A stretch of 64,000 nt of DNA, taken from the NCBI GenBank assembly GCA_963751275.1, contig CAVVTZ010000006.1, positions 12,365 to 76,364 on the forward strand, read 5' to 3'. Below the pieces are notes generated by a model. The model did not search any database. It saw nothing but the letters and a program-made list of their open reading frames with translations, and was not told where the DNA came from. The translations under genes and the position numbers were made by a program. Shown piece by piece: positions 33,455 to 44,744 of this stretch (positions are counted from its first letter, which is position 1; each line of letters begins with the position of its first letter). The stretch comes from an uncultured Gemmatimonadaceae bacterium (lineage in GTDB: Bacteria > Gemmatimonadota > Gemmatimonadetes > Gemmatimonadales > Gemmatimonadaceae).

Positions 33455-36400
33455 TCAGGGCTCGTCGGGATCCTCGTCGTCCGCCTCTTCGCGAACATTG
33501 CCGGATGGTTTCGCGGCACCCTTCGCGGATCCGCTCTTATCCGCCGGGCACATCGCGGCCGTCACTCCCGCCGCGGCCGGGATCGCCTTCCCGCCGTCCT
33601 TCGCGATCGCGGCGTTCAGCGTCGTCAGATCCGCGCCGTTCAAGTTCTTCCACCGCGCGATCGTGCCATTCAAGTCGTGGCAACTCGCCGTGAATCCCTG
33701 CCCCATCGCTTCGGTCGGCGCGAGATCGCCGTTCTCCTGCGCACCGTACTGTCCTTCGAGTTGCGAGTGCACCGAGAAGAATGTCGGCGCGGGGCGCGCG
33801 GTGGGGCGCCCGAAGAAGCGGCGCCCGCCTTCGGCGTTCCCGCCAATGCTGTCGACGCGCAAACGGAACGCGGCGATCATCTTCGCGACATCCGATCGTC
33901 GAGTCGGTCCCCTTCGCCGAATCGAGCGCGGCGCGCATCGCGGCGGCCTGCTGATAGCCGTCCCACGCGACCTGCATCGCACCCATCGTCTTCCTGATCA
34001 GCGCGTACTGCGCGGTCAGGTCCGCGGTGGTCGCGGGAGAGCGCGGATCGTTCGTGACGGCCAGCGTCTGCGTGTACACCGTGCCGTTCACGGTGAGTTT
34101 GATCGTGTAGGTGCCCGGCGGGACGAGCGTGCCCAGCGGCGACGCCGGCGTCAGTCCGGGATTCGCGTTGATCTCAAAGGTATGCGTGAACGCATTGGGC
34201 GCGTCCGTGCGCAGATCCCAGTTCGTGCGGTTCGTGCCTTCTTCCGCCGGCATCGGCTTCGGCGTCTCGATCCAGAAATTCGGCTCCGGCGGCTGCGCCG
34301 CTTCCTTCACCGGCGCGATGGGCGCGCTCGAGAGATGGCGCACCACTGCGCCGGACGCATCGAGCACATCCAGCGTGATCACGCCGTCCGGCTTCGACGC
34401 GAGCCAGTAATAGATGATCGCCCCGTCGGGCGGATTCAGCGCGTGCGGCACTTCCGGTGGGAACGGCGTATTGTAGCCGACGTTCCGCCGCACCCGCACG
34501 GCCGGGTCGGGCTTGAACAGATGCACCGGCTCCGCGGCGATGGCCGGCGTCATCTGCCGCAGCACCGCCGCATCATCCAGGATCCAGATGCCGCGGCCGT
34601 ACGAGCCGACGATGAGATCGTTCCCCGCGAAGGTGATGTCGCGGTAGGAGGTGAGCGGCAGATTGAGTTGCAGCGACTGCCATTCGTCGCCGTCGCTGAA
34701 CGAGACGTACACGCCGCTCTCCGTGCCCGCGTAGAGCAGCCCCGCCTTCTTCGGATCGGCGCGGACGACGCGCACCGCGCTCCCGCCCGGCGCATTCGTG
34801 GCCAAGCCGTTGGTGATGGCCGTCCACGTCTTGCCGAAGTCGCGCGTGCGGAAGACGTACGGCGCGTAGTCGCCATAGCGGAGCACGTTCACCGCGGCGT
34901 ACGCGGTGCCCGCGTCGGCCGGCGACAGGCTGAGTCCCTCGACGAGCGCGCGCGTGGCGTACGGCAGGTTCGGGATCGACGCATCGGTCCACGTCTTGCC
35001 GTTGTCGCGCGTGAGCTTGATCAAGCCGTTGTTCGTGCCCACCCAGATCGTCCCCTTCGCCACCGCCGACGCGGCGATCACTTCGATCGCGCCCGGCGGT
35101 GGCGCGTTCATCGGCGGGATCACGGAATCCGGCGGCGGAGTGACGCCGGCGGGATACGTGAGGTCGGGGCTGATCTGCTTCCAGTGCCCGCCGCCGTCGG
35201 TGGTGGTGAACACGAATTGGAAACCGGTGATCAGTTCGTGCTGGTCCCACGGCGCCCACACCAGCGGCTGCGAGGACGTGGTGCGCAGCCGCACCGCGCT
35301 GTTCGCGGCCGGGCTCACGGAGATCCACTGCTCGCTCGGATAGCTGATCTTGTTGATGCCGTTGCCGCTCGCATACACGATCTTCGGGTTCAGCGGATCG
35401 GGGATGACGGTGCCCCACTCCCAGCCGTTCACCGGATCCCAGTCGAGGGGCGTGATCGCGCCGAGGTTGCCGCGGCTGCGCGTGCGGATCGCGCCGGCGT
35501 CCTGCTGCGTGGCGTACACCCAGTAGCCGAACGAATTGTCGGTGGAGATGTGGTAGACCTGCTCGTTGTTCTGATTGTACCAGGAGCTCCACGTGGCGCC
35601 GCCGTCGAGCGAGACGATCGCGCCCTGGTCGTAGCCGAGCAGAATGCGTTTGCCGTTCGTGGGATCGATCCAGTTCGCCTGCGGATCGTCGCCGCCGGGC
35701 GCACCTTTGAATCCGGTGAACGTGGCGCCGCCGTCGGTGGACTTGTACGACGCGGTGTTGAAGGTGTAGACGACGTCGGGGTCCTTGGGATCCACGAAGA
35801 GCCCGCAGTTGTAGCCGCCCTGGCCGTTGCGGATGCGGCGGTCCGACGGGTCCATCTGCTTCCACGACGCGCCGCCGTCGTCCGAGCGGTAGAGGCCGTC
35901 GTTCGTGATGAGATAGACGCGCTGCGCGTTGGTGTTCATCGCGACCGCGATGGCGGTGCGTCCGCTCCAGCGCGGGAGCCCGCCGCCGGTGATCTCCGTC
36001 CAGGTGACGCCGCCGTCGATCGACTTGTAGAGTGCGCTGCCGGTGGGCGAGCCCGGTGGAGCCGGCGGGGTCATGGGCGAGACGCCGTTCGGCGGCAGCG
36101 GCGGGAAGTAATGCTTCACCGTGGTGGCGAAGACGACGTCGGGGCGGTCATACGCGCTCGCGAGGGCCTGCACGCCGGTGGAGTCGTTCACGAAGAGCGT
36201 GCGCGTCCACGTCGCGCCGCCATCGGCGGTGCGGTACACGCCGCGCGTGTCGCTCTTGGCGTGGAGATTCCCCTGGGTGGCGACCAGCACCGTGCCGGCG
36301 TCGCGCGGATCGACGAGGATCGCGGGGATCTGCTTCGTGGAGTGGAGCCCCATGTGCGTCCAGGTGCGTCCCGCGTCGATCGACTTGTAGATGCCGTTCC

Positions 36401-36746
36401 CTTCGTTGATCGTGCCGCCGGTGACCTGATCGCCGGTGCCGACCCAGACGACGTTCGGATCGGACGGGGCGACGGCGACCGAGCCAATGGAGGAGACGCC
36501 CGGGACGCCGTCGAACACCGGATACCACACTTCGCCGGCACTCGTGGTCTTCCACACGCCGCCCGCCGGCGTGCCCACATAGAAGGTGCCCGCCTCACCG
36601 ATCGCGCCCGATGCGGCGGAGATCCGGCCGCCACGGAAAGGGCCAATGCTGCGCCAGACAAGACCGTGGAGCATGTCGATGGGGACCGGCGCGGCGGCGA
36701 TCACGGCGACGGCGGCGAGGGCGAAGAGCGAACGAAGCTTGGTCAT
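33455..36746 (-). CDS. VPS10/BNR (Asp-box) repeat secreted glycosyl-hydrolase-like protein (frameshift near 33890)
   Basis: WRSIGPFRGGR and many S/T-x-D-G-G-x-T-W Asp-boxes; signal peptide from ATG 36746. Confidence 0.88.
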
Positions 36747-36777
36747 ACCGACTCCGAGTAAGGGCGAGAATAGAACC

Positions 36778-36955
36778 GCTGACGGCGAGACTGACACCGC
36801 TGACGGCGAATATGGCACCGCTCTAACGGCGCCTGTGATCGTTGACGTGTGGCACCAGCGCCCACACGCGCGTTCGCAGTTGCCACACGTCAACGATCAC
36901 AGGCGCTGTCAGCGTTGTCACTCTCGCCGCCAGTGGTGTTACACTCGCCGTCAGC
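36778..36955. repeat. Palindrome with 21-bp periodic outer arms and a perfect 26-bp inner stem
   Basis: gcgcctgtgatcgttgacgtgtggca (36829-36854) pairs with tgccacacgtcaacgatcacaggcgc (36881-36906). Confidence 0.88.
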
Positions 36956-37043
36956 CTTCCCTACGGCGAAAGTGGGCCGTGCGTTGCATCCCTATCATTC
37001 GAGGGCCATCTTAGTCCCTCCCCAACCTAACAGCGCAGGCACC

Positions 37044-37841
37044 ATGTCGAAGGCCGCAACGAGAGCCACCATCGGACTCAACGGGCAGCCCCTGCCCATC
37101 CTCCCCCCCGACCGCGATGCGCGCGTCTGGGCGCGGCTCGTGCGTGTGATGTTCTATACGCCGGGCTTCATGGCCATCCTGCTCATCAAGACCGGGGAGC
37201 CCGCGGGTTTCGGCATCTCGGTCGAGCTGCTCATGCTCTCGAGCGCGTCGGCGATCGTGGCCGGCCTGTTCATCGGCACGCAGTCCGCGGCGGGCGGCGC
37301 GACGGCGTCGTCGCGCGTCGGCAATTGGAGCGGCGCTCTCGTGCTCGAATTGCTGAGCGCGGTGCCCTTCCTCTGTGCCCTGCCCTCGCTCTTCCACGAA
37401 CTGGCGACGAGCAATCTGCTGCACGCCGCCGCGCCCAGCGCCATCGACACCAGCCTCGGCGCGTCCGAACTGCTGCCGCTGGTGGCGGTGCTGCCCTTCG
37501 TGCTCTACCAGCTGAGCGGCTTCGGCACGATGAGCTATGTGCTGCCGAAAGCGGTGGACTGGCTGGTCAACATGTCGATCGTCCTGCTGATCGTCACGAG
37601 CTACTATTTCAACCGCACGGCCGACTACGCGAACGAGCGCCACGCGGTGGGGCTGCTCGTGATGATCATGGCGCTCACGGTGATCTACGGGGTGCTCAAG
37701 CTGCGGACGCTGCAGGCGGCGTATGATCTGAACGCGCCGCCCGAGCCGGAGCCGAAGAAGAAGGACAAGAAGGACAAGAAGGACAAGAAGCACAAACATC
37801 ATCATGACGATGAAGAGCCCGAGGTCTCACCGGCAGCCTGA
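37044..37841 (+). CDS. Hypothetical multi-TM protein with Lys/Asp/His-rich tail
   Basis: Several hydrophobic segments; ends KKKDKKDKKDKKHKHHHDDEE. Confidence 0.72.
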   Translation: MSKAATRATIGLNGQPLPILPPDRDARVWARLVRVMFYTPGFMAILLIKTGEPAGFGISVELLMLSSASAIVAGLFIGTQSAAGGATASSRVGNWSGALVLELLSAVPFLCALPSLFHELATSNLLHAAAPSAIDTSLGASELLPLVAVLPFVLYQLSGFGTMSYVLPKAVDWLVNMSIVLLIVTSYYFNRTADYANERHAVGLLVMIMALTVIYGVLKLRTLQAAYDLNAPPEPEPKKKDKKDKKDKKHKHHHDDEEPEVSPAA

Positions 37842-37856
37842 CGATATCCGAGCGAA

Positions 37857-37944
37857 CTGCATTTGACAGGATGAACATGATGGACATGATGAACGCGCAC
37901 GCGTGCGTTCATCATGTCCATCATGTTCATCCTGTCAAATGCAG
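37857..37944. repeat. Near-perfect 9-mer hairpin, same family as 24296-24607
   Basis: ctgcatttgacaggatgaacatgatggacatgatgaacgc ... gcgttcatcatgtccatcatgttcatcctgtcaaatgcag. Confidence 0.92.
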
Positions 37945-38532
37945 CTAGTTGAGTGGATATCCGAGCGCCCTTATCTGCTCGCCGCTCATCTGGATGATGT
38001 CGACTTTGACCGTCACCGGCACATTCGGCTCATTCGTCTTCGTGTTCTGCGGCAGCGCGGTGAATGCCTCCACCACATCCATCCCCTTGATCACCTGGCC
38101 ATACACGGTGTAGTGATCGTCCAGCCGCTTGAGGCCGTTCTTGTTGGTCACGATGTAGAACTGGCAGATCGCCGAGAGTTGCCCGGGATTGTCGTCACGC
38201 CCCGCGGCGAATGACCCGTACACGTGGCGGATGCTGTCGCGGAATTCGGGCGCGAGCAGATACGTCGTGTCGTGGAAGCCCGCGGGCGTGTCGGGGCAGC
38301 CGCCTTGCGCCACGAAATTCGGCACCACACGATTGAAGGTGAGTGTGTCGAAGTAGTGCGCGTTCGCGAGCTTGATGAAGCCCGCCTTGTGGTGCGGCGT
38401 CGTGTCGAAGAGCAGTACGAGGATCTCGCCCTGCGGTGTTCGGATGCGGGCGACGTCGTGCGTCTTGGCTCCGACCGCGGCCGTCAAGACCAGCGGCAGC
38501 GCGAGCAGGGAGAGCGAGAGGATCCGGCGCAT
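37945..38532 (-). CDS. Cyclophilin-type peptidyl-prolyl isomerase, secreted
   Basis: TFNRVVPNFVAQGG, QFYIV, YTVYGQVIKGMDVV; signal peptide. Confidence 0.92.
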   Translation of the reverse strand: MRRILSLSLLALPLVLTAAVGAKTHDVARIRTPQGEILVLLFDTTPHHKAGFIKLANAHYFDTLTFNRVVPNFVAQGGCPDTPAGFHDTTYLLAPEFRDSIRHVYGSFAAGRDDNPGQLSAICQFYIVTNKNGLKRLDDHYTVYGQVIKGMDVVEAFTALPQNTKTNEPNVPVTVKVDIIQMSGEQIRALGYPLN

Positions 38533-38608
38533 GCCCGCGAATTATGCGCCGATCCGCGCCCCCCGCAAGTCGCTTGACCCGCCCCGCCCGGAGCGATTGA
38601 TTTTCGTC

Positions 38609-40007
38609 GTGTCCAACGATCAGCTCATCGACCGCCTGGCCGGGCTGCGCGTGCTGCAAGGCGTGCCGCGCGAGGAACTCGCGTGGCTCGCGGCGCACGG
38701 CGAACTCTTGAGTTTCCAGAAGGGGGAGGTCCTGTCGCCGCTCACCAGGCCGCCGCTCGGGCTCTACCTCATCCTGTCCGGCCATCTCGTCCATCGATGT
38801 GGACCGGGGCTCCGGACCGCAGCGGATCCTTGAGTGGCACGAGGGCGGCGTGACGGGACTCCTGCCGTACTCGCGCATGGGCAAGCCGCCGGGCGAGACG
38901 CGGCTCCTGATGGACAGCGAATTCCTCCTGATCCTCAGCGAGCAATTCCCCGAGTTGATCCGCGAGTGCTATCACGTCACGGCGGCCTGCGTGCACGTGA
39001 TGCTCGACCGCGCGCGGGCGTTCAACACGAGCGACATGCACGAGGAGAAGATGGCGTCGCTCGGCAAGCTCGCGGCGGGCCTCGCGCACGAGCTCAACAA
39101 TCCGGCGTCGGCGGTGGCGCGCAGCGCCGAGGGACTCGGCGAGCGGCTGCAGGACGTCGAGAACGCGTCACGCGCGCTGGGAGCGCTGCGCCTCAGCGAC
39201 GCACAGCTCAAGGCGCTCGATCGCGCGCGCGAGCTGTGCCTCGCCGCCGGGGGCGCCACCTTCGGGACGTCGCCGCTCGCGCAGGCCGACCGCGAGGACG
39301 CGATCACCGACTGGCTCGAACGCCGCAACGCGAACGTGACGTCGGCGTACTCACTGGCCGGATCGTCGGTGACGATCGACGCGCTGGATGAGCTCGCCGA
39401 GCAGCTGGACGGCGAGGCGCTCGAGACCGCGCTGCGATGGCTCGTCGCGGGCTGCACGAGCTACCAGCTCGCGAGGGAGATCGAGATGGCCGCGAGCCGG
39501 ATCTACACTCTCGTGGCGGCCGTGAAGGGCTTCACGTACATGGACCAGGCGACGATGCCCAAGCCGGTGGACGTGGCGAAGGGGCTCACCGATACGCTCG
39601 CCGTGCTCAACGCGAAGGCGCGCGGGCGGAATGTGGCGGTCACCGTGGAGGTCGAGCCGGAGCTGCCGCGCGTGCCGGGCTACGGCGGCGAACTGAACCA
39701 GGTGTGGGCGAACCTCGTGGACAATGCGCTGGATGTCGCGAAGACCGGCGTCGCGATCTCGGCGGCCCGCGAGGGACGCAACGTGATCGTGCGCGTGACC
39801 GATGACGGCCCCGGGATCCCCGATGAGCTCCGCGCGCGGATCTTCGACCCGTTCTTCACGACCAAGCCCGTGGGCAAGGGCACCGGCCTCGGCCTCGACA
39901 TCGCGCGCCGCCTCGTTCGCCGTCATCACGGCGACATCGCCGTCGCATCGCACCCCGGACGCACGGAGTTCACCGTGACGCTGCCGCTGGGCGCGGAGGG
40001 CGCGTGA
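38609..40007 (+). CDS. Histidine kinase with N-terminal cyclic-nucleotide-binding-like domain (frameshift near 38795)
   Basis: AHELNNP H-box, [27 protein letters not shown]-terminal FQKGEVL...LYLILSG. Confidence 0.9.
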
Positions 40008-40008
40008 G

Positions 40009-41670
40009 ATGACGAAGCCCGTGATCCTCACCGTGGACGATGACGCCGAAGTGCTCGCGGCGATCGAGCGCGACCTGCGCACGCACTATCGCGAGGACTA
40101 TCGGATCCTGAAGGCGCACTCCGGCGCGGAAGCGCTGGACATGGCGCGCGAACTGAAGCAGCGCGGCACCGCGGTCGCGCTCTTCCTGGTGGACCAGCGG
40201 ATGCCCGGCATGACCGGCGTCGAGCTGCTGCGCGAGGCGAAGAAGCTGCATCCCGAGGCGCGCAAGGTGCTGCTCACCGCCTATGCGGACACGACGGCGG
40301 CGATCGAGAGCATCAACGACGTGGGACTCGATCACTATCTGATGAAGCCGTGGTCGCCGCCGGCGGACCGGCTCTATCCGATCCTCGACGAGCTGCTCTC
40401 CGAGTGGACCGCGCACGTGCGGCTCCCCTTCGACGGCCTGCGCGTGCTGGGCGCGCGCTGGTCGCGCCCGTGCTATGCCACGAAGGAGTTCCTCTCGCGC
40501 AATCACGTGCCGTACCAGTGGGTGGACATCGACTCGGACGCGCCGATGCGCGAACTGGCGGTCTCGATCACCGGCGATGTGACCAAGCTGCCGGTGGTGC
40601 TGTTCGCGGACGGCAGCCAGCTGGTGCAGCCGTCGAACATCGAGCTGGCGAAGAAGGCCGGCTTGCGAACGCAGGCGGACAAACCGTTCTACGATCTGAT
40701 CATCATCGGCGGCGGGCCGGCCGGTCTCGCGAACGCGGTGTACGGCGCGAGCGAAGGACTCCGCACGCTGCTCATCGAGCAGAGCGCGCCCGGCGGACAG
40801 GCCGGCACGAGTTCCCGAATCGAGAATTACCTCGGCTTCCCCTCGGGGATATCCGGCGCCGACCTCGCGCAGCGCGCGGCGACGCAGGCGCTCCGCTTCG
40901 GCGCCGAGATCCTCACGGCGCAGGAAGTGGTGAGCGTGCGGCGCGAGGATCCCTACCGGATCGTGAAGCTCGCGGACGGCAGCGAGGTGTCGGGCTACGC
41001 GGTGCTGCTCTCCACCGGCATGTCAGGGAAGAAGTTCGACGTGCCGGGCATCGAGCCGCTGGTGGGCGCCGGAGTGTACTACGGCGCGGCGATGACGGAG
41101 GCCGCGACCTACCGTGGGCAGGATGTGTGCATCATCGGCGGCGCGAACTCCGCCGGACAGGGCGCCCTGTTCTTCTCGCGGCACGCGCGCAAGGTGGTGA
41201 TGATCGTGCGCGCCGCGAGCCTCGAGAAGTCGATGTCGCAGTATCTCGTCGCGCGCATCAAGGCGACGGAGAACATCGAAGTGCTGGCGAACGCCGAGGT
41301 GATCTCGGCGCACGGCAGCGGGCGCCTGGAGCACGTGGTCACGCGGAACGCCGCGACGGGCGCCGAGGCGCCGATGGACACCGCGGCGATGTTCATCTTC
41401 GTGGGCGTGGCGCCGCGCACGGAGATGCTCGCCGGCTTCGTCGAGCGTGACGAGGCGGGGTTCATCGTGACGGGGCCCGACCTGAAGCGCGTGAACGGCA
41501 AACCCGCGGGATGGACGCTCGAGCGGGACCCATTCGTGTTCGAGACGAATGTGCCGGGAGTGTTCGCGGCGGGCGACGTACGATTCGGCGCCAACCGGCG
41601 GGTGGCGGCGGCGGTTGGCGAGGGTTCCGCGGCCATCTACACGATCCACCGGTATCTCGACACCGTGTAA
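40009..41670 (+). CDS. Receiver domain - glutaredoxin-like - thioredoxin-reductase-like flavoprotein fusion
   Basis: VDDD, DQRMP, LTAY and KPW receiver residues; GGGPAG FAD motif; GGANSA; FAAGDV. Confidence 0.9.
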   Translation: MTKPVILTVDDDAEVLAAIERDLRTHYREDYRILKAHSGAEALDMARELKQRGTAVALFLVDQRMPGMTGVELLREAKKLHPEARKVLLTAYADTTAAIESINDVGLDHYLMKPWSPPADRLYPILDELLSEWTAHVRLPFDGLRVLGARWSRPCYATKEFLSRNHVPYQWVDIDSDAPMRELAVSITGDVTKLPVVLFADGSQLVQPSNIELAKKAGLRTQADKPFYDLIIIGGGPAGLANAVYGASEGLRTLLIEQSAPGGQAGTSSRIENYLGFPSGISGADLAQRAATQALRFGAEILTAQEVVSVRREDPYRIVKLADGSEVSGYAVLLSTGMSGKKFDVPGIEPLVGAGVYYGAAMTEAATYRGQDVCIIGGANSAGQGALFFSRHARKVVMIVRAASLEKSMSQYLVARIKATENIEVLANAEVISAHGSGRLEHVVTRNAATGAEAPMDTAAMFIFVGVAPRTEMLAGFVERDEAGFIVTGPDLKRVNGKPAGWTLERDPFVFETNVPGVFAAGDVRFGANRRVAAAVGEGSAAIYTIHRYLDTV

Positions 41671-41861
41671 CTGCGCGTGTGGGTACTAGTACAGCTGAAA
41701 CCGCGCGTCTGGGAGGCAGCGTGTGGTACGGCTCGGCGTGAGTAGCTGCGGCCACTCCCTCCTACTTCCCACACGCGCCCCGTCACTCACGCTGTGCAGT
41801 ACTACACGCTGCCTACCAGACGCGCCGCTATAGCGGTACTAGGCCCTTCACGCGCACTTAC
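41667..41861. repeat. MITE/REP-like palindromic element, copy 2
   Basis: Same arms and core as 30804-30989; ends coincide with the TAA stops of both convergent genes. Confidence 0.88.
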
Positions 41862-44492
41862 AGTCCAAACCAGTAAGTAGCCTTGATCTCGAACGTATTC
41901 ATCGGGTGCACCGAGAACATGGAATTCACGTCCGACCCCGGTGCGAATCCCGAGTACGCCTGATCGTAGTTGTACACCGTTCGTCCGTGCGTCCACACGA
42001 TGAACAGCGTCGATCCCCTCCGGTATTCCCATCGCAGCACGGTGTTCACGTTCAGCTGCTGGTAGTCGAAGTTGTAGCACGACACCGTGACCGTCGTGCA
42101 GGTGCCGACGTCGGGGTTGTCCTCGGGGATCGGCGTGTACGGCACGTACTCCTTGCTGTACTCCGGCGAGCGCGGGTCGCCCACTTTTCGCCAATTCTCG
42201 TAGCGGCCGTCGCTCAGATACGGCTGGGCGTAGAACTGCAGCGTCAGCCTTGGCGTGAACGTCGCGTCAATGCGCACGATCGCGCTGGCCGTGTTCTGGT
42301 GGAGCGTCGCAATGGTGTAGATCGACTCGGCGGCCGGCGTGTAGTGGATGTAATTCGCGAGCCAGTTCACGTAGTCCACGTCCAGCGCGTACGTGAGCGC
42401 CAGCGACACCGCCAGGCTCGACGACACGTGGTACAGCACGCTCGCCGACGCGTTGTAGCCGTGCGAGAGCCCGCCCGAGCCGTCGTACAGCGAGAAGGTG
42501 ACGGCCGGCACCGCGTTCAGGCGCGGATCACCCTCGACACCGACGAAGCCATCGTTGAACTGGTGACCGAACAGTGCGGGCCCGCCGCGCGCCTTCCGAT
42601 CGTCGTACGCCGTGAGGAAGCGGTTCAACTCGAACGCGCCGTGCAGCCACCAGCTGTTCAGGAATTGCACGTCGGCGCTGAAATACGCCACGTTGTTGTT
42701 CATGTACGCGCTCGAGAGTCCCTGCGTCGTCCAGCCGTTGGTCTCGCCAATGTCGAGATACATCTGCCGGTAGAACGATCCCTGCTGCGTGATGTCGGTG
42801 GAGATGACGTTGTTCCACGTCATGATGCCGGCCTCGGCGAGGTAGCCGAGGTCGTTGATCTCGAGGCCGGGACTCACGCGCCCGAAGTTCGTGTTGAAGC
42901 GCAGGATGCCGCCGCCGATCTTGCCGAAGCTGATCTTCTCGGCGTCGCCGGTGAGCGAGGTGCGCGTGGTGTCGTACGCGAGACCGCTGCCGGGCCGCTG
43001 GTAGTAGTGCGTGCTGTTCGCCTGCGTGAGCGCCATCGCCTGCGGCGAGCCCGACACGTAGCTGCTCACCACCGAGCCGGAGAGCTGGTATTCCCGCGAG
43101 GCGAACTGCGTGGTGAAGTGCACGCCGCCCACGTAGGCCGCATCGCGCAGCGTGTCGATCGTGAACGCATCGAGCCGACGGTTCGTCGCCGTGACCATCG
43201 CGCCGATCTGGGTCTGGCCATCGCGGAATTCCTGGATCACCTGCGTGGCGAAGTAGTTGGCGGGCGGCTCGGAGGTACTCTGCGCGGGGTCATCGTTCAC
43301 TTCCTTCGCGGTGAGCGCATCGAGTACGCCAATGGAGAGGCCGCCGTCCGTGCGGCCGGTGAGCTTCGCCGCGCCGTAGATGGACGTGACCGCCGGCGAG
43401 CCGGCGCCGCCGTCGGTGAGCTGCGGCTGGCGGCCGATGCGGCGCGAATAGAAGAGCCCGCTGCACGAGCCCATGTTGCAGTTCATGTCGAAGCGGAAGA
43501 TCCCCGTTCCCTCGAGGAAGAAGGGGCGGCGCTCCGGGAGGAAGGTCTCGAAGTTCGAGAGGTTGAGCACCGCGGGGTCCGACTCCACCTGCCCGAAGTC
43601 CGGGTTCACGGTGCCATCGAGCGTGAGATTGCTGGAGACGCCCCACTTGATGTCGCCGCCCACCGCATACTGTTGCTGCCGCCCGTAGCTGCTGTCCGCA
43701 TGCGGGAAGGTGATGCTCTTCGCCACGGCATATGGCACGATCTCGAGATGATTCGCGTTGCCGAGACCGTCGATGCCGGAGAGATCGCCGAACTGCGACG
43801 CGATGCCCGTCTGGCTCATGCGATACACGGGCCAACTGTCCTTCTCGTTCAGCGCGCGCGATCTCGCGCGCGATCGCGAACCCCATCGTCACCTGTGGCT
43901 TCTTCGTGAAGCGCAGCTGATCGAAAGGGATCCGGAACTCGGCGGTCCATCCGAGCGAGTCCACGTGCGTGACGGCATCCCAGATGCCGTCCCAGGAGTC
44001 GTCCTCTTCCCCGTCGTTGAGCGTGTAGATGTCGCGCTTCACACCGCGCGGATTGACGGCGAACTCGTAGCCGGTGCGCCTATCGTGATAGGAGTCGATG
44101 AGGATCTTGATCCAGTCCGACTGCGACTTCTGGTCGCGCCGGCCGAGCAGCCCGACGATGCTGTCGGGGTGCGGGTCGTACATGCGGACGAACACATACA
44201 GGTACCGCTCGTCGTACGCGACCTTCGCGAGCGTGCGGAAGGAGGCGGGGCCGTCCTCCACCGGATAGTACTGGCGGAAGAGTTCGATCGTCTGCGCCCG
44301 TTCCCAGATGGGATCGTTGTCGAGGCCGTCGAGCACGGGCGCGAAGGGCGTGCGGGTCGCGACGGCCTCATGGGCGCTCGCGACGGATGGCTCCGGCGCG
44401 GCGGAGGGAATTTCGACGGTAGTCTGCGGCGCCTGCGCCTCGACCGCGAACGAGAATATGAAGAGCAGAACGATCGCGGAGCGACGGCGCAT
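41858..44492 (-). CDS. CBM9-like plus DUF5916-like outer-membrane protein (frameshift near 43850)
   Basis: APVLDG.D.DPIW, GWTAEFRIPF, TVNPDFGQVESD, FLPERRPFFLEG; ends IKATYWFGL. Confidence 0.85.
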
Positions 44493-44542
44493 TGGCTTGA
44501 ATGTAGTGCTGAGGAGCGGCGCGTCTAGCGACTAACACCGCT

Positions 44543-44744
44543 TGAACGGCGTACTACCTGGGGCCTAGTACCGCTGGAGCGGCGCGTCTAGTTGGCAGCG
44601 TGTAGTACAGCATGGCGGGAGTGACGGCGCGACTGTGGGAAGTAGGAGGAAGGCGGCCGCAGCCACTCCCGCCGCGCAGTACTACACGCTGCCTACCAGA
44701 CGCGCCGTTACAGCGGTACTAGGCCCTAGGTGGTGCGCCGTTCA
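44543..44744. repeat. MITE/REP-like palindromic element, copy 3 (core inverted)
   Basis: gggcctagtaccgctg...gcagcgtgtagtac / gtactacacgctgc...cagcggtactaggccc; right end contains the pgm stop. Confidence 0.88.

Noticed and set aside
33351..36761. 1136-aa plus-strand ORF
   Set aside because: Antisense shadow of the VPS10/BNR gene.
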